NCBI GenBank assembly: GCA_964638565.1
Contig: CAZXBE010000001.1
Location: forward strand, 388 to 64,387
DNA length: 64,000 nucleotides
Source: an uncultured Chitinophagaceae bacterium
GTDB lineage: Bacteria > Bacteroidota > Bacteroidia > Chitinophagales > Chitinophagaceae
Direction: 5' to 3'
The notes below the pieces were generated by a model. It was not told where the DNA came from. It saw only the letters and a list, made by a program, of their open reading frames with translations, and ran no database searches. Position 1 is the first letter of the stretch, and each line of letters opens with the position of its first letter. The position numbers and the translations under genes are program-made. Below, piece after piece: positions 1 to 9,933 of this stretch.

Positions 1-978
1 AAGTACACAAGGTAAATTACCTCCCTTAAATAAAGCCTCAGTGGCTAAAACTAAATTTCGAAATGTTTTAGTATCTGGTTCCTCAAATACTAATTGGCTA
101 ACTTTTCGAAAATCTAATCTTGGATAATTGTTGGTTATTCGATGAGGAAATCCCAATGCATATTGAATAGGCAGTTTCATGTCTGGTAAACCCAATTGAG
201 CTTTTATGCTTCCATCTGAAAATTGAACCATAGAATGCACAATGCTTTGAGGATGTACCAATACTTGAATTTGTTTTGGTTGCAAATTAAATAACCATTT
301 TGCTTCAATCATTTCGAGTCCTTTATTCATTAACGTAGCGGAATCTATACTGATTTTTGCCCCCATTTTCCAAGTAGGATGTTGCAATGCATGATCGCGA
401 CGCACATTTAAAAGAAAATTGGGCTTTTTGCCTAAAAAAGGCCCTCCTGATGCGGTAAGGATAACCTTTTCAATAGGATTGTATGATTCTCCAACAAGGC
501 ACTGAAAAATAGCGGAGTGTTCTGAATCAACTGGAATAATAGGTACTTTTTTTTCTGCAGCCATACGAAACGCAATATCGCCAGCTACAACTAACGTTTC
601 TTTGTTGGCTAATGCAATTGTTTTACCTGTTTCAATAGCCTTCAAGGTGGGTTGAAGACCAGCAAAGCCTACAATAGCTGCCAGTATTATATCATATACA
701 TCTAATGCAGCAACGTCTTCTAATGCTTTTGCGCCAGCAAATACTTTTATATTATGTGGAATAAGTGCTTCTTTTACGAGAAGATATTTTTTTTCATCAC
801 CAATAACAACAATATTGGGATTAAAATGCAACGCTTGTTGTATCAGTAATTCATGGTTATTTTGCGCAGTCAAAACTTCTACGCTAAAACGATCTGTATT
901 AGCGGTAATAACTTCTAGTGTTTGTGTTCCTATAGAACCCGTGGAGCCAAATATAGCAATACGTCGTTTAGTAGTCAT
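1..978 (-). CDS. dxr: 1-deoxy-D-xylulose-5-phosphate reductoisomerase (C-terminus outside window)
   Basis: Absent from ORF track because it runs off the left edge. Own translation from ATG (complement of 976-978): MTTKRRIAIFGSTGSIGTQTLEVI (GSTGSIG NADPH loop), later ALANKETL and IIPVDSEHSAIFQCL, all Dxr hallmarks. Confidence 0.9.
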   Translation of the reverse strand, partial: MTTKRRIAIFGSTGSIGTQTLEVITANTDRFSVEVLTAQNNHELLIQQALHFNPNIVVIGDEKKYLLVKEALIPHNIKVFAGAKALEDVAALDVYDIILAAIVGFAGLQPTLKAIETGKTIALANKETLVVAGDIAFRMAAEKKVPIIPVDSEHSAIFQCLVGESYNPIEKVILTASGGPFLGKKPNFLLNVRRDHALQHPTWKMGAKISIDSATLMNKGLEMIEAKWLFNLQPKQIQVLVHPQSIVHSMVQFSDGSIKAQLGLPDMKLPIQYALGFPHRITNNYPRLDFRKVSQLVFEEPDTKTFRNLVLATEALFKGGNLPCVL

Positions 979-1341
979 TTAAAATTAAAGTTAAGCGTTA
1001 TGAATTAAAAAATAAACAATCTTATATTCTAGTTAAGAAGATATGCTTAAAAATTCATAAAGCAAATTCCGTATGCGTACCTATTTTTTTGCCATTTTTG
1101 CTGCTCATCTGACCGCCATTGCTGCATTTACAATTCCACCGCCTTTACACAAAGTTGACATCAAAGCCTGTTTTTTTGAAAGTATAAAAAATAGATTTAT
1201 ACGCTTTTAATCTACTGTATATGTCGTTCTTTTAATGTTGCTCCATATCTGCCACATCTGTAGGGCAGACGTGTCCAAGCTGCCCATGTGCATTTGAGCC
1301 CGTTATTTGCATCAATAATGAAGCATGTTAATAGTTCATTA

Positions 1342-2073
1342 TCATTGATTCCATATTTTCCAACTCTCTTCGGCTTGTATACATAACATATCATACCCAT
1401 TTTGTGTAATAGCTCCTTGTCTTTTTGCACACTGTAAAAACAGTGTTTCTATAGGGTTATAAACAAGATCAAAACAATAATGTTGTGGCGTTAATGCTTT
1501 ATAAGGTATATCGGGTAACTCATTCGTTTTTGGGAAAGTACCTAAGGGCGTAGTTTGAATAATAATAGTAAATAGTTGAAGCGTTTCTGGTGTAATATTT
1601 TCGTAGGCAATAGTACACGCCGTTTTATTTCGAGATACCAATTGATAAGCAATATTCAATTCTTTTAATACATATTGAACGGCTTGAGAAGCACCACCAG
1701 TACCTAATATGAGCGCTTTTGTATGATGTGATTGTTTTTTTTGAAGAAAAGATGTTTTAAATCCTACCACATCTGTATTATAGGCTATCGTTTTTTTATT
1801 TTTAAAATGAATACAATTGCATGCTCCTATTTGTTGAACCAACGGAGAATGTTCATCAACGTAAAATAGAATGGATTCCTTATAAGGAATTGTAACATTA
1901 CAACCTATTAAATCAACATATTCCGTTTGAAGCGTAGTAAATTGTTGAACATTTGGTAGGGTAAAGTTGACATATATACAATCTGTAACTTTTTCTTTTT
2001 CGAATTTAGTATTAAAATATGTTTCTGAAAAAGAGTGTGTTAATGGATAACCAATCAACCCAAACAATCGCAT
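1342..2073 (-). CDS. aroE: shikimate dehydrogenase
   Basis: 243 aa, N-terminus MRLFGLIGYPLTHSFS typical of AroE; GTGGASQAV nucleotide-binding loop. Confidence 0.85.
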   Translation of the reverse strand: MRLFGLIGYPLTHSFSETYFNTKFEKEKVTDCIYVNFTLPNVQQFTTLQTEYVDLIGCNVTIPYKESILFYVDEHSPLVQQIGACNCIHFKNKKTIAYNTDVVGFKTSFLQKKQSHHTKALILGTGGASQAVQYVLKELNIAYQLVSRNKTACTIAYENITPETLQLFTIIIQTTPLGTFPKTNELPDIPYKALTPQHYCFDLVYNPIETLFLQCAKRQGAITQNGYDMLCIQAEESWKIWNQ

Positions 2074-2843
2074 TACAATTTTTCTTTTTTTAAATATAAA
2101 TGAAACGTGTCTCCTCGTAAACCTATGCGCATAGCTTCCAAAGGAATAACTTCCGAGGGGGCAATATTTCCTAAATTCACATTACAGCCTAATAGTTCTA
2201 AGAAGTATAGCTGTTGAGCTTTTTGAGGTGCTTCCCAAATAATACGCTCACCAGGTATTTGTGTTAAGATTTCTTGCACTAAGCCCTCTCTTACTTCGCC
2301 ACTGCCTCTATAAATACCCACATTGCCTGCTTCTCTGGCTTCTGCTATTACATACGATGCTCCGGCATTTAATTCTGCCTTCATCAGCTCTATCCATTTA
2401 TAAGGAGGAATAATATGAGCAGCATCTTTACTACCCACCTCGCTTAATACGGTGCCATATTGTTTTAATTTTTCAATATGACCGCATTTTTCCGTATGCG
2501 GAATGCTTATAGAACCATCACTTACTTCCATATACGTTATATTATACTCTTTGCAAAGGGTTCTATAATCTTCAAATTGATTTCGTATAAGAAATGCCTC
2601 AAACAATGTTCCTCCAAAATATACAGGAATATTAAATGATTGGTAGACTTCTATTTTTTCTCGTAGATTCGGTGTCACAAAAGCTGTTCCAAAACCAAAT
2701 TTTACGATGTCTACATGAGGATGTGATACATTTAAAAAATTTTTTACTTCTTGCACACTTAATCCTTTATCCATAACCATTGTTAAGCCCGACTGACGAG
2801 GTTTTTGACTTCTTTCGGGAATTTGGGAGAGTTTAAAATGCAT
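2073..2843 (-). CDS. phosphosulfolactate synthase (ComA family)
   Basis: 256 aa; ERSQKPRQSGLTMVMDKGL N-terminal signature of the (2R)-phospho-3-sulfolactate synthase family. Stop overlaps the aroE start by 1 nt (TAATG). Confidence 0.75.
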   Translation of the reverse strand: MHFKLSQIPERSQKPRQSGLTMVMDKGLSVQEVKNFLNVSHPHVDIVKFGFGTAFVTPNLREKIEVYQSFNIPVYFGGTLFEAFLIRNQFEDYRTLCKEYNITYMEVSDGSISIPHTEKCGHIEKLKQYGTVLSEVGSKDAAHIIPPYKWIELMKAELNAGASYVIAEAREAGNVGIYRGSGEVREGLVQEILTQIPGERIIWEAPQKAQQLYFLELLGCNVNLGNIAPSEVIPLEAMRIGLRGDTFHLYLKKEKL

Positions 2844-3009
2844 ACTATTTCATTTAAGAGAGCGGTAAAAGTACGGAACAAAATGAATTTTGAATAAAAT
2901 AAGCTATAAGCAGCAAGCTATTATCCACAAGTAAAAAATAATTGCATTTGCTCTAATCTTGTATTTAAAAGCTTGTAGCTTTTTTTTACTTTTGATTCAA
3001 TACGGCATC

Positions 3010-3834
3010 ATGTCTATAATAACGATCACATCCGATATTGGGGAACAAGACTACCTTGTAGGAGCTATAAAAGGGAAACTATTGCAAGTGAATCAGGCAT
3101 TTCAATTGATAGACATTGCACATGCACTACCACCATTTAACTATTCGCAGGCAGCTTACATATGTAGAAATGCTATTCAACATTTTCCTAAACATACGTT
3201 CCATATCGTATGGGTTAGCTTGTTTGATACTCTATCAAAACAACTGCTGCTTTCATACCATAAAGGTCAGTATATTATTTGCGCTGATAATGGACTGCTA
3301 ATGATGATACTAGAAGAAAAGCCGGAACAAGTGATAGGAATTCCCTTGCCTGATACCATTAAAAAAACAGCATTGCATTATAGCGTGGTTATAGGAAAAG
3401 CAATACAACAAATTTGCGACGGTGTTGCATTAGATAAAATTGGAAATGTAGATACATCAATTATAGAAAAAAATCCACTAAAACCTTTGTTTGGTAAAGA
3501 TTGGATAGAAGGACAAATTATTTTTATCGATCATTTTGAAAATGTAATTATCAACATTACAAAGAAAATGTTTGAAAAACATAGAAAAGGTCGTCGATTT
3601 TCTATTGTATTTAAACGAAATGAAGTAATTGATACCATAGCAGAAACGTATATGCATGTAGAAGAAGGAGAGAAACTAGCTATGTTTAATGCTGCTGGGT
3701 ATTTAGAAATTGCTATCAATAAAGGTAATGCTGCCGGGCTTTTTGGATTAAAGGGATACAATGAATTGCAAGCTAAAAATCAATATTTACAGAACCAATT
3801 ATTTTATCAAACAGTAAAAATTTATTTCGAGTAA
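3010..3834 (+). CDS. SAM hydroxide adenosyltransferase / SAM hydrolase family (DUF62)
   Basis: MSIITITSDIGEQDYLVGAIKGKL N-terminus typical of the family. The ORF-track start 2959 is a TTG; the ATG at 3010 gives the conserved N-terminus. Confidence 0.7.
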   Translation: MSIITITSDIGEQDYLVGAIKGKLLQVNQAFQLIDIAHALPPFNYSQAAYICRNAIQHFPKHTFHIVWVSLFDTLSKQLLLSYHKGQYIICADNGLLMMILEEKPEQVIGIPLPDTIKKTALHYSVVIGKAIQQICDGVALDKIGNVDTSIIEKNPLKPLFGKDWIEGQIIFIDHFENVIINITKKMFEKHRKGRRFSIVFKRNEVIDTIAETYMHVEEGEKLAMFNAAGYLEIAINKGNAAGLFGLKGYNELQAKNQYLQNQLFYQTVKIYFE

Positions 3835-3890
3835 AAAAATGTTGGTTGAGGGCATATTGGATTAACATGGATCATTGATTACTCCTTTTG

Positions 3891-4679
3891 ATGGATGGCG
3901 TTTTGAATAGAAAAAAATGGATTATGAAATGGATTATTCGATTTCTTCAAATACTATATGCTATCTACGCTTTTATATGGTTTGTAGCATTAATGTTGAT
4001 TGTTTTTATAATAAGCTTGGCCTTACCGATATGTAGTCCAACAAAAAGATCTAACATCCTGTATGTATTATGTAGAATATGGGCTACAATATGGTTAGCC
4101 GTTGTAGGGATACGACATAAACGAATATATGTCTCTCCTCATAACAAAAAAAAATCATACATTTTTGTGGCTAATCATAGTTCTTATATAGATATTGTAC
4201 AAATTATGATGGCTCTTCGACAACCAGTACGAATATTGGCAAAATCTGAAATGGCTCGTATTCCTATATTTGGAAATATCTATAAAAACGCTACCATAAT
4301 GGTTGATCGTAAAAATGCTGAAACCAGAGCCCATAGCATAAAAAGACTTGTTCAGGTTTTGAAAATGGGAATATCCATTTTTATTTTTCCGGAAGGAACA
4401 TTTAATGAAGATGCTGCGAAACCATTAAAGCATTTTTATGATGGTGCTTTTAAAATAGCTATCGAAACGCAAACGCCCATCAAACCTGTTATTTTTCCGG
4501 ATGCGGTTGATAGGTTGCATTATCGACATATTACAGCACTTACTCCTGGTAAACTAAGAACTATTTATTTAGAAGAAATACCAGTTAATAACTATACTAT
4601 AAACGATATTGCTGCATTAAAACAACATTTAAAAGATGTAATGGAAAAAGGGCTACGTACACATAGGATGTATAAATAA
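3891..4679 (+). CDS. plsC: 1-acyl-sn-glycerol-3-phosphate acyltransferase
   Basis: N-terminal TM helix, acyltransferase motifs NHSSYID (HX4D) and FPEGT. Start uncertain (TTG 3888, ATG 3891 or ATG 3924). Confidence 0.8.
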   Translation: MDGVLNRKKWIMKWIIRFLQILYAIYAFIWFVALMLIVFIISLALPICSPTKRSNILYVLCRIWATIWLAVVGIRHKRIYVSPHNKKKSYIFVANHSSYIDIVQIMMALRQPVRILAKSEMARIPIFGNIYKNATIMVDRKNAETRAHSIKRLVQVLKMGISIFIFPEGTFNEDAAKPLKHFYDGAFKIAIETQTPIKPVIFPDAVDRLHYRHITALTPGKLRTIYLEEIPVNNYTINDIAALKQHLKDVMEKGLRTHRMYK

Positions 4680-4708
4680 TGCGTACATTTGGAGAGGGAA
4701 TTTTTTAT

Positions 4709-5116
4709 ATGAAACACATATTATTTTTAAGTTTTTTATTCATTATTGTTGCTTGCAAAAAAGAATATTCAGTAGAGAATCCCCCAGCACCAATACCTCT
4801 TCCGGATATAACAGGCATTTGGGTTGGCAAGCTCTATTCTGTAAACACGCCTGATTCTATGGATTATTGCTGGCGAGTTAATAAAGACAGTATTTTTGTT
4901 TATGATCATGCAATAGCACCAAAGCTAATACCATCTTTAAAAGGTGTATGGAGTTTGAATGGAACTGCATTCAAGTATACTGCTTTTACTACTTTTGGTG
5001 AATCTAGATTTAACGATTCAGCAATTTTATCGGATAAATTTACAAAAATGATAGGAACAGAAGGACTAAATTTATCATATAGGGGCTGGGGAACATTTGT
5101 TATGAATAAAAAGTAA
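4709..5116 (+). CDS. small lipoprotein, unknown function (paralog of 31001..31420)
   Basis: Start moved to ATG 4709 giving signal peptide plus lipobox (FLFIIVAC). Shares ITGIWVGK / DSIFVYD / KGVWSL motifs with the ORF at 31001. Confidence 0.55.
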   Translation: MKHILFLSFLFIIVACKKEYSVENPPAPIPLPDITGIWVGKLYSVNTPDSMDYCWRVNKDSIFVYDHAIAPKLIPSLKGVWSLNGTAFKYTAFTTFGESRFNDSAILSDKFTKMIGTEGLNLSYRGWGTFVMNKK

Positions 5117-5205
5117 CAATTATACTTTTGAAGATTTAAGTACTAATATTTTAAATATTTCTAAAGATTGCCTCATTATCAAATTGGCATATTTTCACGC
5201 TAATT

Positions 5206-7653
5206 ATGTTGTTATATGCTGATATCATCATACCCCTTGCACTGCCCCAAAATTTTACTTGGTCAATTCCAGAGGCATGGGCTGATAAACAACTTATCGG
5301 TTGTCGAGTAGAAGTATTGTTAGGTAAAAGTAAGCGCTATGCTGGTATTGTTAAACGGTTACACCATAATACTCCAAATACATTTCAACCTAAACCTATC
5401 ATAAGCATTATAGATGAAAAACCGTTAGTGTATGAAAAACAATTACAGTTATGGGAATGGATAGCACAATATTATATGTGCACAGAAGGAGAGGTTATGC
5501 AAGCTGCTCTGCCAGCCCATTTTAGATTATCTAGCGAAACCATACTATTCTATAATGAAGACATTGGAATAGACGCACAACACCTAAATGATCATGCTTT
5601 TTTAGTAGCAGAAGCGCTTCATGTAAAAAAAGAATTAAAGCTAACAGAAGTACAACAAATACTGGATAATAAAAATGTATATGCTACTATAAAAAAGTTA
5701 ATCGATGCACAAATATGCTTTGCATACGAATCTTTAAACAAAAAATATAAAGAGAAAAAAGACATCTTTATAAGGTTACAACCTAAGTATAATAATGAAA
5801 CAGCATTAGCCTCCTTGCTCAACGCCAATTGGAGTAAGGCTCCCAAACAATTAGAACTATTACTTGCTTTTATTCATTTACATACTATAAAATCTAATAT
5901 CACTCAAAAACAATTGCTTACCAAAGCTGGTGCTACAGCGGCTCAACTAAAATCCTTAATAGATAAAAATATATTAATAGCTGAAAAGCGTTCTGTTGAT
6001 CGGTTACCCAATCTTCCTCCATTATCCATTATTAATTATCAACTATCAAGTGCCCAACAATTAGCCTATCAACAAATACAAGAAGCATTCAAAACAAAAA
6101 TGGTGTGTTTGTTACATGGCATAACTGCTAGTGGTAAAACACAACTATATATTAAATTAATAGAAGAACAACTAGCCCAAGGAAACCAAGTAGTATATAT
6201 GTTGCCTGAAATAGCACTTACAGGTCAAATTATACGACGCTTACAAAAACATTTTGGCGGAAATATTGCAGTATATCATTCTAAATTTAACCTTAATGAA
6301 CGGGTAGAGTTATGGGATAAAGTAAAAACGGGAGAAATAAAAATTATACTAGGAGCTCGTTCTTCATTATTTCTTCCATTTCAAAACATATCACTTATTA
6401 TTATTGATGAAGAGCACGATTCGTCTTTTAAGCAGCAAGACCCTTCCCCACGTTATCATGCAAGAGATGCGGCTATTTATTATGCATCATTACACAATGC
6501 AAAAGTATTATTGGGAAGTGCTACACCATCTATAGAAAGTTATTATAATGCACAACAAGGAAAATATGGCTTAGTAGAATTGGCAGAACGATTTGGTGAT
6601 GCACAATTACCAGAAATAGAAATTGTTGATACCAAAATATTTACGACCAAACAACAACCCAAGGTAATATTATCACCTCCGTTGCTTGATAATATTGCAA
6701 CTATGTTGCAAAAAAAACAACAAATTATTTTATTCCAAAATCGTCGTGGATATACATTACATCAAATATGTAGCATTTGTGGTTGGATACCTCATTGCGA
6801 ACATTGCGATGTAACGCTTACGTACCACAAAACTAAAAATCAATTACAATGCCACTATTGTGGTACTTCGTATAAATTAATATACACCTGTGCTGCATGT
6901 GGTAGCCATAAATTTGTACAGCACAGTTTTGGTACAGAAAAAATAGAAGAATCATTAACAGAACATTTTCCACAAGCTCGTATTGCTCGTATGGATATAG
7001 ATAGTGTACGAGGGAAATATGATCATGAAAAACTAATACAACTATTCGAACAACATCGTATTGATATTTTGGTGGGTACACAAATGGTTGTTAAAGGCTT
7101 TGATTTTGAAAAGGTAGGCCTAGTAGGTATTATAGATGCAGATGCGTTACTGAGTTTTGCTAATTTTAGAGTAAATGAACGAGCGTTTCAATTAATACAG
7201 CAGGTAAGTGGTAGGGCTGGTAGAAAAGATACTCATGGAAAAGTATTGATACAAACAGCTCGCCCAACAAACCCTATATTAATATTTGCACAGCAGCATC
7301 AGTATAATGCTTTTATAGAAGAAGAACTGACCAATAGAAAACAATTTAATTATCCACCATTTACAAGAATAATAATGTTGCATTGCAAACATAAACATCA
7401 AACAATGGCAGAGCAAGCGGCACACTTAATGGCTCAGTTTTTATCAACATATAAGGAGTATATTGCGGGGCCGGCAGAGCCTGTAGTGAACCGCATTCAA
7501 AACAATTATATTTATGAATTGATGATTAAGCTTCCAAAAAATGCAACATTGTTGCAAAAAATTAGACAAGATATACAAAATGCTATAGTGTTCGTACACA
7601 ACCAACAGGGATTTTCTACCGTGCATATAGTGCCGGATATGGATGCTTATTAA
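5206..7653 (+). CDS. priA: primosomal protein N-prime (replication restart helicase)
   Basis: 815 aa; Walker A GITASGKT, DEEHD box, Cys-rich zinc-binding insert (CSICGWIPHCEHCDV...CHYCG...CAACGS). Confidence 0.9.
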   Translation: MLLYADIIIPLALPQNFTWSIPEAWADKQLIGCRVEVLLGKSKRYAGIVKRLHHNTPNTFQPKPIISIIDEKPLVYEKQLQLWEWIAQYYMCTEGEVMQAALPAHFRLSSETILFYNEDIGIDAQHLNDHAFLVAEALHVKKELKLTEVQQILDNKNVYATIKKLIDAQICFAYESLNKKYKEKKDIFIRLQPKYNNETALASLLNANWSKAPKQLELLLAFIHLHTIKSNITQKQLLTKAGATAAQLKSLIDKNILIAEKRSVDRLPNLPPLSIINYQLSSAQQLAYQQIQEAFKTKMVCLLHGITASGKTQLYIKLIEEQLAQGNQVVYMLPEIALTGQIIRRLQKHFGGNIAVYHSKFNLNERVELWDKVKTGEIKIILGARSSLFLPFQNISLIIIDEEHDSSFKQQDPSPRYHARDAAIYYASLHNAKVLLGSATPSIESYYNAQQGKYGLVELAERFGDAQLPEIEIVDTKIFTTKQQPKVILSPPLLDNIATMLQKKQQIILFQNRRGYTLHQICSICGWIPHCEHCDVTLTYHKTKNQLQCHYCGTSYKLIYTCAACGSHKFVQHSFGTEKIEESLTEHFPQARIARMDIDSVRGKYDHEKLIQLFEQHRIDILVGTQMVVKGFDFEKVGLVGIIDADALLSFANFRVNERAFQLIQQVSGRAGRKDTHGKVLIQTARPTNPILIFAQQHQYNAFIEEELTNRKQFNYPPFTRIIMLHCKHKHQTMAEQAAHLMAQFLSTYKEYIAGPAEPVVNRIQNNYIYELMIKLPKNATLLQKIRQDIQNAIVFVHNQQGFSTVHIVPDMDAY

Positions 7654-7857
7654 TAGATTAAGAAATAACAAATATCTTTTACATTATAATCATATAATAG
7701 CATGTCAAAAGCTTTTTTTATGTACTTTTTATTTTCAACTCAAAGAATGTGAATTTAGATACAATTATAGAAAGGAATATATATAAACTCATACTTAATA
7801 TCTTAAGAAAATATCTTCTTAACTTATTTTGACCCAAAACTTATTTAAAATTGTATA

Positions 7858-8859
7858 ATGGAAAGTAGTAAGGGAGAAATCGTAATATATCAAACTAATA
7901 ATGGCACTGAAGTAAAAGTGCAGTTTGAAAAAGAAACAGTTTGGCTATCTCAACGATTAATGGCAGAACTATTTGAAAAAGATAGCGATACTATTGGGTT
8001 TCATATTAAAAGTATTTTTAAGGAAGAAGAATTGAGTGAAGAAGAAACTACCGAGTATTTTTCGGTAGTTCAAAAAGAGGGTAAAAAACAGGTAAATAGA
8101 AAGATTAAATTTTATAACCTCGATGTAATCCTTTCTGTTGGTTATCGTGTTAATTCTAAACGCGGTACTCAATTTCGAAAGTGGGCTACTCAGAGACTTA
8201 AAGACCATTTAGTAAAAGGATATACTATAAATAAACAGAGATTGCAGCAGCTTTCCATTAATATGCAAGATTTACAAAAAGCAGTACAACTAATACAGCA
8301 ATCAAGTAATAGTAGCAACATCAAACTTAAAGAAGCAAAAGGTTTATTATACGTTTTAAGCCAATATACACAGTCCTTTATTTTACTAAATCAGTATGAT
8401 AGCCAGACATTAAAATTAGAACAGCTTAGTGAAAATATTACCTATGAAATAAAATATACTGAGGCAAAAGCTGCTATCTTAGAACTTAAAAGACGACTAA
8501 TAAATAAAAAAGAAGCATCTAATCTATTCGGAAATGAAAAGGATGAAAGTTTTTCTGGTATTTTGAATAGTGTTATTCAAACTTTTGATGGAAAATACCT
8601 TTATCCTTCAATTGAAGAACAAGCTGCTCATTTACTTTATTTTCTTATAAAAAGCCACCCTTTCTCCGATGGTAATAAACGCATTGGGGCATTTTTATTT
8701 GTATGGTTTCTAGAAAAAAATAAACATCGATTTAAAAAAAATGGAGAATTAAAAATTAATGCTAATACGCTAACAGCATTAGCACTTTTAGTAGCCCAAA
8801 GTAATCCAATAGAAAAGGAAGTGATGATAAAATTAATTATCAATCTTATAAAAAATTAG
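7858..8859 (+). CDS. RhuM-family protein with C-terminal Fic/Doc-like domain
   Basis: N-terminal GEIVIYQTNNGTEVKVQFEKETVWLSQRLMAELF...FYNLDVILSVGYRVNSKRGTQFRKWAT matches the RhuM virulence-protein family. C-terminal AAHLLYFLIKSHPFSDGNKRIGAFLF is a Fic/Doc active-site motif (HxFxDGNKR, Doc-type K). Confidence 0.75.
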   Translation: MESSKGEIVIYQTNNGTEVKVQFEKETVWLSQRLMAELFEKDSDTIGFHIKSIFKEEELSEEETTEYFSVVQKEGKKQVNRKIKFYNLDVILSVGYRVNSKRGTQFRKWATQRLKDHLVKGYTINKQRLQQLSINMQDLQKAVQLIQQSSNSSNIKLKEAKGLLYVLSQYTQSFILLNQYDSQTLKLEQLSENITYEIKYTEAKAAILELKRRLINKKEASNLFGNEKDESFSGILNSVIQTFDGKYLYPSIEEQAAHLLYFLIKSHPFSDGNKRIGAFLFVWFLEKNKHRFKKNGELKINANTLTALALLVAQSNPIEKEVMIKLIINLIKN

Positions 8860-8861
8860 AA

Positions 8862-9878
8862 GTGTTTTTACAACAAAATATTTCCTTACAACCATTTAAC
8901 ACATTTCATATAAGCCAAAATGCACCATGGTTTGGGCGTTTTAATAGCATAGAGGAATTACAACAATTATTAAATAATTCATCTATACAATATTTACCTA
9001 AACTGATATTGGGTGGTGGAAGTAATATTCTTTTTACCAAACAATTTGAAGGGGTTATATTAAAAAATGAAATAAAAGGAATACAAAAACTAAAAGAAGA
9101 TGAAGACTATGTATATCTACAAGTAGGCGCAGGAGAGAACTGGCATCAATTTGTACAATACTGTGTGCAACATAATTATGGAGGAGTAGAAAATGTATCT
9201 TTAATACCTGGTTGTGTAGGAGCAGCTCCTATACAAAATATTGGAGCCTATGGTGTAGAAGTAAAAGATGTTATTGAATCGGTAGAAGCTTATGATATGA
9301 ATAAAAAAAAGGTTGTAAGCATATCTAACAAAGAATGCATTTTTGACTATAGAGATAGTATTTTTAAACATCAATTTAAACATACGCATATTATTACTTC
9401 AGTAATATTTCGCTTATATAAAAAACCCGTTTTTAATATTCAATATGGAGCTATTAAAGCTGAATTAGAGAAAATGCAAGTGCAGCATTTATCTATACAG
9501 GCTATTAGTGATGCTATTATTCATATTCGACAAAGTAAACTTCCAGATCCTGCTGTATTGGGTAATGCAGGCAGTTTTTTTAAAAATCCAACTATTGATA
9601 CAATTTATTTTGAAATGCTTAAACAACAACACCCAACTATTGTTGGATATATACAATCCAATAATAAAATAAAACTGGCAGCAGGTTGGTTAATAGAGCA
9701 ATGTGGATTTAAAGGTTTCCGAAAAGGCAACGTGGGGTGTCACGAAAAACAAGCTTTAGTTATCGTAAATTATGGACAGGCTAGTGGACGAGAGATATAT
9801 GATTTTTCACAAAACATTATACAAACTGTTCAACAAAAATTCGGAGTATTATTGGAAGGAGAAGTGAATATAGTGTAG
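8862..9878 (+). CDS. murB: UDP-N-acetylenolpyruvoylglucosamine reductase
   Basis: 338 aa, GTG start 2 nt after the preceding stop; NTFHI...LGGGSNILF FAD-binding signature. Confidence 0.9.
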   Translation: MFLQQNISLQPFNTFHISQNAPWFGRFNSIEELQQLLNNSSIQYLPKLILGGGSNILFTKQFEGVILKNEIKGIQKLKEDEDYVYLQVGAGENWHQFVQYCVQHNYGGVENVSLIPGCVGAAPIQNIGAYGVEVKDVIESVEAYDMNKKKVVSISNKECIFDYRDSIFKHQFKHTHIITSVIFRLYKKPVFNIQYGAIKAELEKMQVQHLSIQAISDAIIHIRQSKLPDPAVLGNAGSFFKNPTIDTIYFEMLKQQHPTIVGYIQSNNKIKLAAGWLIEQCGFKGFRKGNVGCHEKQALVIVNYGQASGREIYDFSQNIIQTVQQKFGVLLEGEVNIV

Positions 9879-9933
9879 CAAAAGATAACATATGATCTTT
9901 TAATTTTTATTTTTACATTTGCCCTTATCAATT

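Noticed and set aside
1212-1430. 72-aa minus-strand ORF overlapping the aroE 3-prime end
   Set aside because: Its N-terminal half overlaps aroE in another frame, and no in-frame start exists downstream of the aroE stop. It is probably spurious.
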